NCBI RefSeq assembly: GCF_018977255.1
Contig: NW_024704743.1
Span: 103,418,001 to 103,482,000, forward strand
Direction: 5' to 3'
DNA: 64,000 bases
Source of the DNA: Callorhinchus milii
Taxonomy: Eukaryota
Below are positions 25,855 through 38,240 of this stretch, in pieces (within the stretch, counting starts at the first letter, position 1; each line of letters starts with the position of its first letter). The notes under the pieces were generated by a model that saw only the letters and a list, made by a program, of their open reading frames with translations, ran no database searches and was not told the origin of the DNA. The position numbers were made by a program, and so were the translations under genes.

Positions 25855-26145
25855 ATAATAATAATCCTTGCATTTGATACAACGCCTATCACATCTTCGA
25901 AGAGTCTCAAAGCGCTTCACAGAATAGACTGTAAAGTGCAGTAACTGTGTGTTTTGTAGGCTATACACAGCAGCCAATTGCCAACAGCATTGTCCCACAA
26001 ACAGTCGTGGATTTAGTGATCAATTATTATTATTATTTTGGAGGGATTATTACACTTGGAAAATGACTGACCAATCGACTGACTGACAAATCCATAAATC
26101 GACTGACAAGCGTATTCGTACTTACTGCAAGGGAAGCAGAGGTGT
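25855..26145 (-). mobile_element. Long-subfamily tRNA-SINE, 5'-truncated
   Basis: SINE 3' half plus the extra central segment also seen at 36460-36535 and 58290-58345. Confidence 0.8.
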
Positions 26146-26290
26146 GTGTGTGGTGAGTGTAGTGAGTGAGTGAGTGAGTGAGTGAGTGAGTGAGTGAGTG
26201 AGTGAGTGAGTGAGTGAGTGAGTGAGTGAGTGAGTGAGTGAGTGAGTGAGTGAGTGAGTGAGTGAGTGAGCGAGCAAGCAAGCAAGTGAG
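26140..26290. repeat. (GTGA)n microsatellite
   Basis: Roughly 27-30 GTGA units, directly visible. Confidence 0.97.
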
Positions 26291-26910
26291 GTGGGAGGGG
26301 ATAAAATTACTTCAAAATTATTTATTAATAATCCGTACATTGTTATAGTGACATTCATGTCTGGAGGTTGTCTCAAATCACTTCACAGGATATTTTGTAA
26401 AGCTGAGAATTTCTGTAATGTTATTACTGAAGGTTGGCATCCATATTAGAAACAATTTTGAAAGCATTTGATATATGAAGTACTATATTAAGAATATACA
26501 AGAATATTGCTGTTCCTACTTATCAGTTTTAACAGCAGATTCTAACGGGAACTTGGTATCATTCTTTTCACCCCTCTAAACAACCGAACAATCATTGTCT
26601 TAGGTCCATATGATATTAATCTTAGCCTTTGGCTATTCTTGTTGTTCTATTTGTATTATGCTAAGGCTACCAACCATTTTCAGAAGATAAAGTTGTGTAA
26701 TTTTGATAGCAGTCAACTTTAACGAGAATAGTTTTGTCATCGCTAAACCCAACTGACCTCCTGTGACTTTCTTATTAGTTTTATATTAATAGAGAGAAGT
26801 GTTCAATTTCAGAGAAGCAAAACCTTCGTGTTTAAGTTACCACTACAAAAGTCTAGTAAGATACAGGGTTGCAAAGGTCAGAGTGGTTCATTTTCCTAAA
26901 TAAACACTTT

Positions 26911-27305
26911 ACAACAACAAAATTACATATGTATAGAGCCTTTCACATCGGGAGGACGTCCCAAGGCACTGGACAATGAGTGTTTCAGACCTGAGCTGGA
27001 AGTTGGGATCAGGGAGGGTGGAGGCCAGGCGGGGAAGGAGGGTGATCAAAGGCACAGTCGAAGAGGAGGGTTTTGAAATGGGTCTTGAAGGAGGTAAGGG
27101 AGGGGGCGAGGTGGAGGGACTGTGGGATGGAGTTCCAGAGAGTGGCTGAAGGCCCGCCCATCAATGATGGGGAGGGTGAGGCAGGCCTGAGCCCATTGAG
27201 CAGAGAGAGCGGGCAGATTGGTAGGGAGTTAGCAGGTCGCAGAGGTAGGGAGGAGCAAGGCCATGGAGGGCCTTGAAGGTGAGGACCAGGATCTGTATCC
27301 TCTGT
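26911..27305 (-). mobile_element. L2 3' fragment (type-1 tail)
   Basis: ACAACAACAAAATTAC...TTTCACATCGGGAGGACGTCCCAAGGCACTG. Confidence 0.9.
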
Positions 27306-28134
27306 GTGATAAATCTTTAATCTAGGAATTTAGGAATTTTCCAAAATCCTGCTCCAAATTAAATTTTAAAACTATAGCCTGAAACGAAATTTCAGGTGTC
27401 CAACTGGAGGGAGTAATTTCATACGGCCAATAAGCTACGATACGCAGAAACTAATAATGAAGCATATTCAACTCAACAGAAGCTTGCTAAAAATCTTTCA
27501 AAGGTTACATAACTTCTGACAACCGTAATAAATCCCTTTGTCTCCTCAATGTCAAAATCTGGATATGACATTAAAATATCTTACAATTACTTACCATATT
27601 GGTCATGACATTTTACACACAGAAACAAAATATGTGTGATGTAGCTGACATCTCCTTTGTGAGTTTAACATGTGAAAACCAATGGGAAAGAGGTAAGCAA
27701 CAGTGAAGGGAATTAATCAAATGATGGTTATTCTGCTCACTGAAGCTTATAAACCAAAGATGAATTTCTCACTTGCAGTGCCTTGGGTAAAGTGTGCATT
27801 GATATTCCTTGTAAGCTTCACTGAGCAACGCTACAAATTTTTAGCATATTTATTATTCATCTTCATTTATTTTCAATAATTTGAAAAAAATAAATAGAAA
27901 TATATATTTCTGTAATATTGTGAGAAAATACGATGTTGATAATGCAGGTGAGAATTATTCAATCTGTTATTAAATTGCATTTTTACCTCATTGCCCGATT
28001 TATTTCAAAAGCGTATAACAAACTTCCACATGCGTGTTACGCAGCAAACTGTATTATGGCAATTTAATTCATCAATGATTGTTCTCGTTAATTTAAGAAT
28101 ACGTAATGATAATCCTTGCATTTGACATTCCATC

Positions 28135-29555
28135 CTTCATGTACAGCACAAAAAGAGGCCATTCGGCCCATCGAGTTTGTGCTGGCTCTTTGAATAGACC
28201 AATTAATGTCAGTCCCACTTCCCAGCCCTTTCCCCATAACCGTACAAATCCGTCCTCCTCAAATACCCGTCCACCGCATTTTTAAAAGTAGTGATCGAAT
28301 CGGCCTCCACCACCCTTTCAGGCAAAGCGTTCCAGATTCAAACAACTCGCTGCATGAAAAAAATTCTTCTCACCTCCCCTCTGCTTCTTTCAGAGACTAT
28401 TTTGAATTTGTGACCTTGAGTCAACGACACACCCACCAGTGGAAACAGTTTTTCCCTTTCTAACCTATCAAATCCCCTCATGATTTTGAAGACCTCTATT
28501 AGGTCGCCTCGTAACCTTCTCCGCTCCAAAGAGAATAATCCCAGGCTCTCTTGCCTTTCCTCATAATCAAGGTCCCTCATTCCTGGTACCATCCTCGTAA
28601 ATCTCCTCTGCACCCTCTCCTCTGCATCCTTCCTAGAGTGTGGTGCCCAGAACTGGGCGCAGTATTCTAACTGAGGCCTAACCAGTGTTTTAATAAAGGT
28701 TAATCATAACCTCCTGACTCTTGTACTCTATGCCCCTATTTATAAAGCTTAGTATCCCATATGCCCTTTTAACAGCTTTATCTATCTGTCCTGCCACCTT
28801 CAAGAATTCATTTACCTGCACCCCCAGGTCTCTCTGTTCTTTTACCCCCTTAAGATTGTATTATCTATCCTATATTGCCTCCCCTCATTCTTTCTACCAA
28901 ATTGCATTACCTCACATTTCTCCACATTGAAACTCATCTGCCATGTGTCTGCCCATTTTACTATTCTGTCTATGTCTTCCTGCAGTTGGCTACTATCCTT
29001 CTCACTGTTCACCACCTTACCTAACTTTGTGTCGTCCGCAAACTTGGAAATGGTACTTGCTATACCCAAGTCCAGATCATTTATATATATTAAGAAGAGC
29101 AGTGGTCCTAATACCGATCCCTGGGCGACGCCACTGTACACTTCCCTCCAGTCAAAAAAGCAGCCGTTCACCACAACTCTCTGCTTTCTGTCTCCCAGCC
29201 AGTCCTGGATCCATGCTGCCACTGTCCCTTTTATACCATGGGCTTCTATCTTTCTTACAAGTCTTTCATGTGGCACTTTGTCAAATGCCTTTTGAAAGTC
29301 CATATAAACTACATCAACTGCACAACTTTATCCACCTTCTCCATTACCTCAACGAAAAATTCTAATAGATTGGTTAGACAAGATCTGCCTTTAACAAATC
29401 CGTGCTGGCTGTCCCTAATTAACCCATATTCTTCTAAGTGAAGATTTATTCTGTCCTGGATGTTATAGTCTCCAGAAGTTTCCCCACTACTGATGTTAGG
29501 CTCACTGGCCTGTAGTTCCCAGGTTTGTCCTTCTGTCCTTTTTGTACAGGGGAGT
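28135..29555 (-). mobile_element. 5'-truncated CR1 LINE (second subfamily; RT plus tail)
   Basis: MDFQKAFDKVPH, GVAQGSVLGP, KFADDTKLG, LGLFSLERRRLRGDLIEVFKIM. Confidence 0.95.
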
Positions 29556-30453
29556 CACAGGCAAGCATATATAACAAGCATATATAATAATAATAATAAT
29601 AAGCATAGGTACTAATGCACATTGTAGGTATGAAACTGAGGCAGATGCTTCTAAAGCATCAACGTTTATGATGTTGTATCAGCAGTAGGTGTACAGATAA
29701 CTGAGTGCAAAATGGATGAGCTGAGCTCTTGGCAAGCACTCTGAGTTGTTGATAGAACTCATTGAACGTGAGAATCTGAAATCCAGTCAAGCATTTTTCA
29801 ACAAGAATCATTTTGGTCAGGGTCATGGTCGGAATCGCCTTGAAAATTTGGGGCTTTGGGATTTATAATATCCGTGCAGTTTTGCATTTAATAATGCTTG
29901 AATCTGATACAGCACTTTTTACCTTGGGAGGGCATCGCAAAGAGTTTCCCAGGATTTACTGTACTGTAAAGTATAGTCACTGTATTGTGTTGGTGAAAAT
30001 GACAATAACAATTTCCATACCCCAAATTTTCATTTAGAATAGGATACTGATACCTCACATTAGAGGTATGCTGAATCACAGTTTTTGTACCTCTGCAATC
30101 AAGTTCACCCAGTTTCCTCCATCTTCTGTTCTTCATTCCTTGGGCCCTCTTCTCCATCATCAGCGGCCCATCTTTCAGCCACTTTCTTCTGCGCAACTTT
30201 CTTAAAAATCCTTTCACCTTGCATTGTCTCTCTCTGCTTTCAAAGACCTCCTGTACAATAACTATTTCTTTGATGATGCCTAGAGTCGATATTTCAAAAT
30301 GCTCCTTTCCTAACTTGCTAATTGATCCACATTGTCTCTGTAAAGTATTTTGACATATTACCCTACAGGTGTCCGAGCTGTGGGCAAGAAGATGGTGGCA
30401 ATGCTCTTGTGCTTTTTTTCAAACTCAGAAAGTAATTAACAACTGGAGCAGGT

Positions 30454-30454
<1 letters not shown>

Positions 30455-30486
<32 letters not shown>

Positions 30487-30727
30487 CCTTGCATTTGATA
30501 TAGCGCTTTTCACGTCGGGAGGACGTCCCAAAGCGTTTCACAGAACATACTGCAAAGTGAATTGACTGTATATTTGTGGGCGAACGCGGCAGCCAATTGC
30601 GCACAGCAATGTCCCACAAACATTGTGGAGTAAGGAAACTTGCCCAAGGTTTCGCCCTGCCTGGAATTGAACTCAGATCTCTCACTTGCAAAGCGAGTGC
30701 TCTAACCACTGAGCTACAGGACTCCAC
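30455..30727 (-). mobile_element. Young tRNA-Ala SINE with ~60-bp internal deletion, nested in a CR1 3' remnant (to ~30880)
   Basis: CCCACAAACA joined almost directly to TGTGGAGTAAGG; otherwise near-identical to young copies. Confidence 0.9.
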
Positions 30728-31042
30728 ACAGTTGACAGGAAGGGAGGTTGAGGTCACCACACTAGACTCATGTAAAAAGCAGCTTGCTGCTGTGAAGGGG
30801 GATCGATAAGGTGGGCGTTCTGGAAGGATGAGGTTTAATGGGTCGAGGGGCCTTCTTCATCCAAACCAATTTTGTGTTTCCCTTCCAGAAACAGAAACCA
30901 TAAGAATCATTTGAAAATCCTGTGTTTTAAATTCTATAACTGTATAACTTAATTTCACAAAATTTTAGTTACAATGCAAACTTTAGATAGGCAACGTAAA
31001 ACTTCATACAATTTTTAAAACAATAGTACAGCCAGCGATAAG

Positions 31043-31270
31043 GTGTCTGTGTGTCTTTGCGTGTCTCCCTATCTCTCTCTCTCTGCATCTGTACGTGATT
31101 CTGTATTTCTCTCTTCAACTGTGTGCGTTTCTGTCTGTGTCTCTCTCTCTGTCTTTGTGTCTCTGTATCTGTCTCTCTCTCCGTGTATCTCTCTATCCCT
31201 GGTGTTTCTTTGTGTGTGTGCCTCTAATATCTATGTGTATTTCTTGCTCTGTCTCTGTGTTTCTCTCTTC
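31043..31270. repeat. TC/TG-rich low-complexity tract
   Basis: Degenerate (TC)n/(TG)n. Confidence 0.85.
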
Positions 31271-32086
31271 TGTTACCGGTTTGAAAGTGATTGACAGTTT
31301 TTGCTACTAACCAGTGAATTGCACTGCTGTTTTTCCCACCAGGTCAGACCAAGCCTGGGTTCCTAACACACAGTGTGACTGTGTTTGTGGGCCAGATGAA
31401 ATCACCCCCCACCAGGCCAGACGCTAGTTGGACAACCCCTACTAGATTATCAGCTCAAAGTGTTGCCAAGGAGCTTGAACCCACAACCTTCTGACTCAGA
31501 TGTGAGAGTGCTGGCAACTAAGCCAGACTGTCAATAAGGCCTGGAAAAATGAACTATTCAGTGGTATTAAAATGTCTCAACATCGCCTACCACAGTGTGC
31601 AAGCCTTTCTTAGTGCAACAAAATCCCTACAAGAATTGTAGTCCAACTAAGATGACGTAAAATAAGAAAACTCAAAATCAGAGGTGTCAGATGAAGGAAT
31701 AAAGGAAGAGAACTTTTTTTTACACAAGACCATTTTGCAAACCTAATAAAAAAAAGTATATATATATATATATATTCACACACAGTTTGCCTTCACCCAA
31801 GCTGATTGTTAAATGCTTAATTATAAGCGGTTCACTGTTTGGAACCTGTCATTGTCCCTCCATCTCTGCTCCTGTGCTGGATTGTAATACTCCAATGTGT
31901 AGTATTTAATATGACAAAAACAAGAAAAGAAATTAGCAAAATATTATAGGGTCCATACCTCCGGGAGCACAGCGAGCAGAGAAGAGCCAAATACAACTTA
32001 TATCTGGCACTAGATAGGGTTTGGGAAGTGTGGGGGTACACATCGTGCTGATAAGAGGGGTGTCCCCTGGTATTCATAAGAAGGCG

Positions 32087-32360
32087 GAGACACCTAGTGT
32101 GAGGTCAGAGGGGGTGGGACACCTGGTGGGAGGTCAGAGTGGGCGGGACACCTGGTGAGGGGTCAGAGGGGGCGGGACACCTGGTGAGGGGTCAGAGGGG
32201 GCGGGACACCTGGTGAGGGGTCAGAGGGGGCGGGACACCTGGTGAGGGGTCAGAGGGGGCGGGACACCTGGGAATCATCAGAAGGGGAGGTGACAACTGG
32301 GGAATGGTCAGATAGGGATAGGGACATAGGTAATGGTCAGTATAGGTGGGAACACTTGTG
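32087..32360. repeat. 29-bp G-rich minisatellite
   Basis: Unit GGGACACCTGGTGAGGGGTCAGAGGGGGC, ~6 good copies to 32270, then degenerate units. Confidence 0.95.
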
Positions 32361-33172
32361 GTTTAATGGGGATGGTAGACCTGTTACTGGCCAGTGATAT
32401 TATTCACCACAGTTTGTAGTGGTTGTATAATATTTAAAGTATAATTTAATATTATTATTATATTATTATAATAAAGTATGATTCAATTCAAACTGTTGCA
32501 GTTATTTATTTAGGTGAAAATCTTCTCTTTTACACCATTAAAAAAATGTTGCCCGAACAAATTTTTGTAAGTATCACATTAGAAATACTCACATTAGAAA
32601 TACTACAAGTCATCGTATTATCAAACATTTTATTGCAACACTTTAAGTAGAGCTGTCTGGAATTGTTTCTTTCCCAATTTATATCTGGAAAAACAATTAT
32701 CCTAGTCAATAATTTGCTGTGGTTTTACAATAATACTAAGTAATTCTATAATCTTTTTTTATATCACAACTTATCACATCATTGGCTGCTTCAAGGCACT
32801 TCATGGAATTCACTGTAAAGTGTAGTGATTGTGTGCAGTTGTAGAACAATTAGCATAATGCCATTCGGTGATTTAATTTTAAATGTTGATGATTTTGAGA
32901 CATTGAGATTTTGATGTTTCCCCTGTTTTGTTGCCTTGAATAGTTATATTTACTTCATGGCACAGAAGGCAAAGTAAATACCGAAAGATTGTTATGCAAT
33001 CTCCTCGTTAGTGTAAATATATTTCTTTAAAGTCCATTGCTACAAACAGCATTGGAGAGATTACAGTTTCAGAACAAACAAGTAAAAGAAATATAAAAAA
33101 AACAGAGGGAACCACAAGTTAAATTTAAAATGAGAAATCACTGTATACTTTGGTTTGTCAACTTATGGTAGA

Positions 33173-33186
33173 CTGCCACCTAGTGC
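33173..33186 (-). promoter_or_regulatory. CTCF-like motif
   Basis: rc GCACTAGGTGGCAG, one mismatch to core CCASYAGRKGGCRS. Confidence 0.35.
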
Positions 33187-33429
33187 AGTAAACACCCGAT
33201 TCCACTAAACCTTTCAAAAGAGAATTGGATTACTTCCTGAGTCAAATAATAAAGGAATATTGGTTTGCAGTTGGAAATTCTCATGGTTAAGAACTATTGA
33301 AGCCTGGGTCAGCTGGTAACACTCTCGCCTCTAAGAGTGTGGGTTCAAGCTCCATTCTGGGACATGGAGGTGATAACAGTCTAGTTTGACATTCCAATGC
33401 AATGCTGGGGATGTGCTATATTTTGCCAT

Positions 33430-34045
33430 AGTTCTACCCACTCGCTTAATCTGTCTATATCCAACTGTGCGCAATTGGCTGCCGTGTTTCGTCCACAAAA
33501 TATACAGTCAATTCACTTTACAATATATTCTTTGATACACTTTGAGACGTCTCAATGACATGATAAGGCGCTATATCAAATGCAAAGATTATTGTTATTA
33601 TTATCCCTTTGTATCTTCCTGCTCCTATTGACACAACTTGCCATGCCTCTTGACTATGACTCAGTGTCATCTGTAAACCTGGATATACAGCCTCTATTTC
33701 TTCATCCAACTCATTGATATATATGGTGTAAAGCTGAGGCTCTTGTATAGATCCCTGGGGAACACCACTTATTACATCCTGCCAATCATAAAATGTTCCT
33801 TTTATCCCTATTCTCTGTTTCCTACCTCCCAACTAATTATCATGATGTTACCTTGAATTCCATGTGTTTTAATTTTTGCTTATGATCTCTAGTTACAGAA
33901 CTTTATCAAATATCTTCTGAGAGACCATGTAGACAGCATCCCTAGACACTCCCTTATCCACCATGCAAGTAACCTCTTCCAAAAAGACTAGACAAGTCAA
34001 ACATGACCTACTCTTCACAAATACATGATGACTCTCTTTAATCAG
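33430..34045 (-). mobile_element. CR1 RT fragment interrupted by a + strand SINE 3' half (33467-33603)
   Basis: KQRIGIKGTFYDWQDVISGVPQGS...IYINELDE. Confidence 0.85.
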
Positions 34046-34304
34046 CTGATGACTAACACATGCAAAAACCCATCACCATGCTTAAGAGTATCCAAACCAA
34101 ACTGAGAATTCCATGTATCCCACTTACACATGGAAAACTGTTTGGCTTTCTTCATATTTGGGGCAAGTTGGTGAGTGCTGGAAGATCTTTCGGTCATAGC
34201 AACATTATAACTGATACTGATCCTGTCTTCATCCACACCTTCCTGCAGGGAATGGTTGGATAACAATATGAAGTAGAAACCTGGCTGATTATTTTCCTCC
34301 CAAA

Positions 34305-34662
34305 ATAATAATCCTTGCAATTGACTTAGTGCAAGTGCAGCAGTCAATTTGAGCACAAATATCCCACAAACAGCTATGCAGTGAATGACAAATTCTATCT
34401 GGGGATCGTTGACACTGGAAGACACTCTATTCTCTTTTCAAATAATGCCATGGGATTTTAACATCCACTTGAACAACCAGACAAGACTTCAGATTAACAT
34501 CTCATCCAAAGAACAGCACTTCAAATAATGCAGTGGTACCTTCAGTAACCCCAGTATCAGAGTGTCAGCCTAGTCAGTGAATTCAAAGTCTAGATGTGGG
34601 GCTTGAACCCACAACCTTCTGACTCAAAGGCAAGATTGCTAACAACTGAGTCTGGCTAACAC
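34305..34662 (-). mobile_element. DeuSINE/SacSINE1-like SINE
   Basis: GCCATGGGATTTTAACATCCACTTGAAC core; GGGGCTTGAACCCACAACCTTCTGACTC head. Confidence 0.75.
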
Positions 34663-34876
34663 CTATTATTATTACTGCCCAGCAGAAATCAGATAACTCA
34701 GCACGAGGCAGTCTGTATGGTTCAGTCAGACACAACACCATATTATTAGGCAAGATTTACAGATATTTATGCTTACAAAAATGTATTTTTTAAGTTATCT
34801 GAGCTCTACAACCCCAATAACCCCAATTATTCACTGACTGATATTTTAGACTGAAAAAATAAAAATGCAAGTGCCA

Positions 34877-35002
34877 ATAACAACAACAAAATTCCACTTC
34901 AATAGCGCTTTTCACCTCGGGAGGACATCCTAAGGCACTGGACAATCAATGTTTCGGACCCGAGCTGGGGGTCGGGATTGGGAAGGGGGGAGGGCAGGGG
35001 TG
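34877..35002 (-). mobile_element. L2 extreme 3' end
   Basis: Type-1 tail. Confidence 0.85.
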
Positions 35003-35749
35003 AAATGTTTAATTTTGCTCCAGTTAATTTTGTTGTTATTCTTATAAATGAATTTTCATGCTGGTAATCTCCCATTTCTATTAAACAAAAAGTATTCTTT
35101 TTTACAATAGAAATGCATTCATGTTTAATGACCCTTGCAAAAAAGCATCTTATTACATGCAAATTGTTAAATATTACAGTATATTGTTCTGTTCAGATCA
35201 ATTTTATCTGGGATCATAGACAAGAGTATCTTTATGAATGATAAATGTATTGAAATCAACTTGGATGGCTTGTTTTCACACAAATATTAAATATAAATGG
35301 TACATTAATTTGCAAATAACATGCGGGCAGTTATATGAGCTAAAAGCTTTTGTAGCTCCTGGTTCAAAATAGAGTATTTGGCAATAAATTTTGCCAAATG
35401 GTTATTCTTTTATGTAATTGCGATATTGGAAGAGAAAATAAAATATGAAAATGGAATTATACCCAACACTTCATATACAAAAGTGTCAACTTATCTCAGT
35501 TAGTAGGAGTTCCACCTCTGGGTTTGTAGATAATGGATTCAAGCCTTGTATCAGAGCTTACGCTGTCAGTCTGGCTCAGTTGCTAGCATTCTCACCTCTG
35601 AGTCAGAAGGTTGTGGGTTCAAGCTCCATGTGATAACTTTAGAATTACAGTCTCAAGGTCTTGGACGACACTATAACACAATTTTCCTGGAGTTGTGGTC
35701 CTTCAGGTAAAACTGGAATTTAACATCTTAAACTGGCTCAGTTGATAAA

Positions 35750-35848
35750 ACAACAACAACAACAACAAGATTCCATTTATAGAGCGCCTTTCACGTCGGG
35801 AGGACGTCCCAAGGCTCTGGACAGTTGGGTTAGGACCCGAGCAGGGGG
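35750..35848 (-). mobile_element. L2 extreme 3' end inserted into an old SINE head
   Basis: Type-1 tail flanked by AAAAC on both sides; SINE head GGCTCAGTTG...CACCTCTGAGTCAGAAGGTTGTG is split. Confidence 0.8.
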
Positions 35849-35972
35849 GAAAACTCTCCCACCTCTGAGTCAGAAGGTTGTGAGTTCAAGCCATATGCCT
35901 CGTGCTATGCCCTTGAGCTTGTAGTCATGAGTAAAAGACTCCAATGCAGTGCTGGCTAATGCTGAATTATGG

Positions 35973-36281
35973 GATAATAATAATAATCCTTGCATTTGAT
36001 ATAGCGCTTTTCACGACTTCTAGACGTCCCAAAGCTCTTCACAGAATATACTGTAAAGTGAATTGACTGTATATTTTTGGGCGAACACGGCAGCTAATTG
36101 CGCACAGCAGTGTCCCACAAACAGTCGTAGATTGAAAATGACCAATTTATTATTGTTTTTTGTTTTGGAGGGATTATTATTAGGCGTGTGGAGTAAGGAA
36201 ACTTGCCCAGTACCCTACCGGGAATTGAATTCAGGTCTCTCGCTTGCAAAGCGAATGCTCTAACCACTGAGCTACAGGACT
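35973..36281 (-). mobile_element. Young tRNA-Ala SINE (TAGAA-loop variant)
   Basis: Full head to tail. Confidence 0.92.
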
Positions 36282-36641
36282 GCTTTTGATATAGTGCCTT
36301 ATCACGTCTTCGAGACATCTCAAATCACAACACAGAATATTCTGCAAAGTGAATTGACTTATATTTTGTGGGTGAAATGTGGCAGCCAATTGCACATAGC
36401 CATGTCCCACAAACAGCCCTGAATTGAGTGACCATATTATTATTACTGTTATTTTAAAGGATTATTACCACTGGAAAAGCGACTCACCAATCGACTTAAC
36501 AACCGAGTTCTTACTTTCTGCTAGGTAAACAAAGGCGTGTGGAATAAGGAAACATGCCTGACATATCGCCCTGCCCAGGAATCGAACCCAGGTCCTCTCG
36601 CTTGCGATGCGATTGCCCTAACCACTAAACTACAAGACTCC
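36282..36641 (-). mobile_element. Long-subfamily tRNA-Ala SINE
   Basis: Head with CGC at the anticodon position and GGGTTCGATTCC B box; extra central segment. Confidence 0.88.
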
Positions 36642-36718
36642 ATGATATCCTGAAAGGATGAATTGTCCTTCAGATGTGACATTAAACAAGATCCCATTTC
36701 TCTGTTAAAGATCCATCC

Positions 36719-37031
36719 GTGGAGTCCTGTAGCTCAGTGGTTAGGGCACTCGCTTTGCAAGCGAGAGACCTGAGTTCAATTCCAGGCAGGGCGAAACCTT
36801 GGGCAAGTTTCCTTACTCCACACGCCTAATAATAATCCCTACAAAACCAAAACAATATTGGTCATTTTCAATCCACGACTGTTTGTGGGACATTGCTGTG
36901 TGCAATTGGCTGCCGCGTTCGCCCACAAATATACAGACAATTCACTTTACAGTCTGTTCTGTGAAGCGCTTTGGGACATCCTCCCGATGTGAAAAGCGCT
37001 ATATCAAATGCAAGGATTATTATTATTATTA
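36719..37031 (+). mobile_element. Young tRNA-Ala SINE
   Basis: Full head to (ATT)n tail. Confidence 0.95.
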
Positions 37032-37032
37032 T

Positions 37033-37762
37033 AGGCATCTTGTTTGACCCTCAACTGTTTGTGCCATGACTTGCTCTGCCTTCCCCACCTCTGCAACATT
37101 GCCCAATTACACCAGTACCTCACCCCTCAGGCCGCTAAAACCCTCATATGTGCTTTCATTACATGCTGGCTCGAATATGCCAAATGCCCTACTTGTCATC
37201 CTTCCCAACTTTTTCCTTCACAAGCTGCAGATCATCCAGAGCTCTGCAGCTCGTGTCCTCTCCCGCACCAAGCTCCGTGACCCCATCACACCCACCCTCG
37301 CCCAGCTCCACTGGCTCCCCATCCCTCAGAGGATCGAGTTCAAAATCCTCATTCTCGCTTTCAAGGCCCTCCATGGCACTGTCCCTTCCTACCTCTTTGA
37401 CCTGCTAACCCCTTATCAAACTGGCCTCTCCCTCCGCTCAGCAGGCTCCGGCCTGCTCCATCTTCCCCGCCCGGTCTGCCCTAGATCTTCAGCCTCCCTG
37501 CCCCATCCTCACCCTCTGAAACTCCATCCCACATTCCCTTTGCCTCACTCCATTCCTTGCCTCTTTCAAGGCATACCTTAAGACCCTCCTCTTCGACCGT
37601 GCTTTCAGCTAACCTTTTACCCTCTCTGCCCTCCACCCTCCCTGATCCCAAACCCACCCCCTCCCCCAGTCCCGCTTGGGTCCTAATCCCCAATCCCTGA
37701 CTGTTCAGTGCCCAGGGACATCCTCCCAACGTGAAAGGCGCTTTACAATATAATTTTGTATT
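37033..37762 (+). mobile_element. L2 3' fragment
   Basis: KLQIIQSSAARVL...LHWLPIPQRIEFKILILAFKAL; type-1 tail. Confidence 0.92.
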
Positions 37763-37852
37763 ATATCATTCACTTCATGGCCGGCTGTGGGACATTGCTG
37801 TGCACATATTGGCTGCTGTGGTGGCTAACAACTACGCAGTCAATATAACATA

Positions 37853-38240
37853 TCGAAGTTGTGTAGAGGAGGATGGGTAGGAGTCGGAGTGTGGGAGGGA
37901 AGGGGTGGGCAGTTGGTGGAAGTTGGAGGGGGAGTGACCGCAGAGCGGATTCCCTTGATTTTGGATTCAAGGAAATCCAGCATCTCCTTGCAGTGAAGTT
38001 TGGAGAAGATGACCTGCGCGGGGTTGCGGGGGGGACAGAGGAGTCGGGATGTGGTAGAGAACAGAAGCCTGGGGTTGTTCTTCGCCTCCAGGATTACCCT
38101 GGAGTAGAAGGACAACTTGGCCGAGGCTAGAGTGGAGCGGTAGATTTTGAGGAGGTCCAGCCAGATTTGTCGGTGGACCGTTAGGCCAGATTTGAGGCAG
38201 GTGCGTTCAGCGGCCCGCACCTGGCTCTTCAGTGAGCGGA
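37853..38240 (-). mobile_element. L2 internal ORF2 fragment
   Basis: RAAERTCLKSGLTVHRQIW...NNPRLLFSTTSRLL, homologous to 20220-20600. Confidence 0.88.

Noticed and set aside
26013..26376. LTHS-repeat ORFs in three frames
   Set aside because: (TCAC)n microsatellite artefact
32087..32270. CRISPR-like 29-bp repeat
   Set aside because: Head-to-tail tandem units with no unique spacers, no cas genes, eukaryotic context
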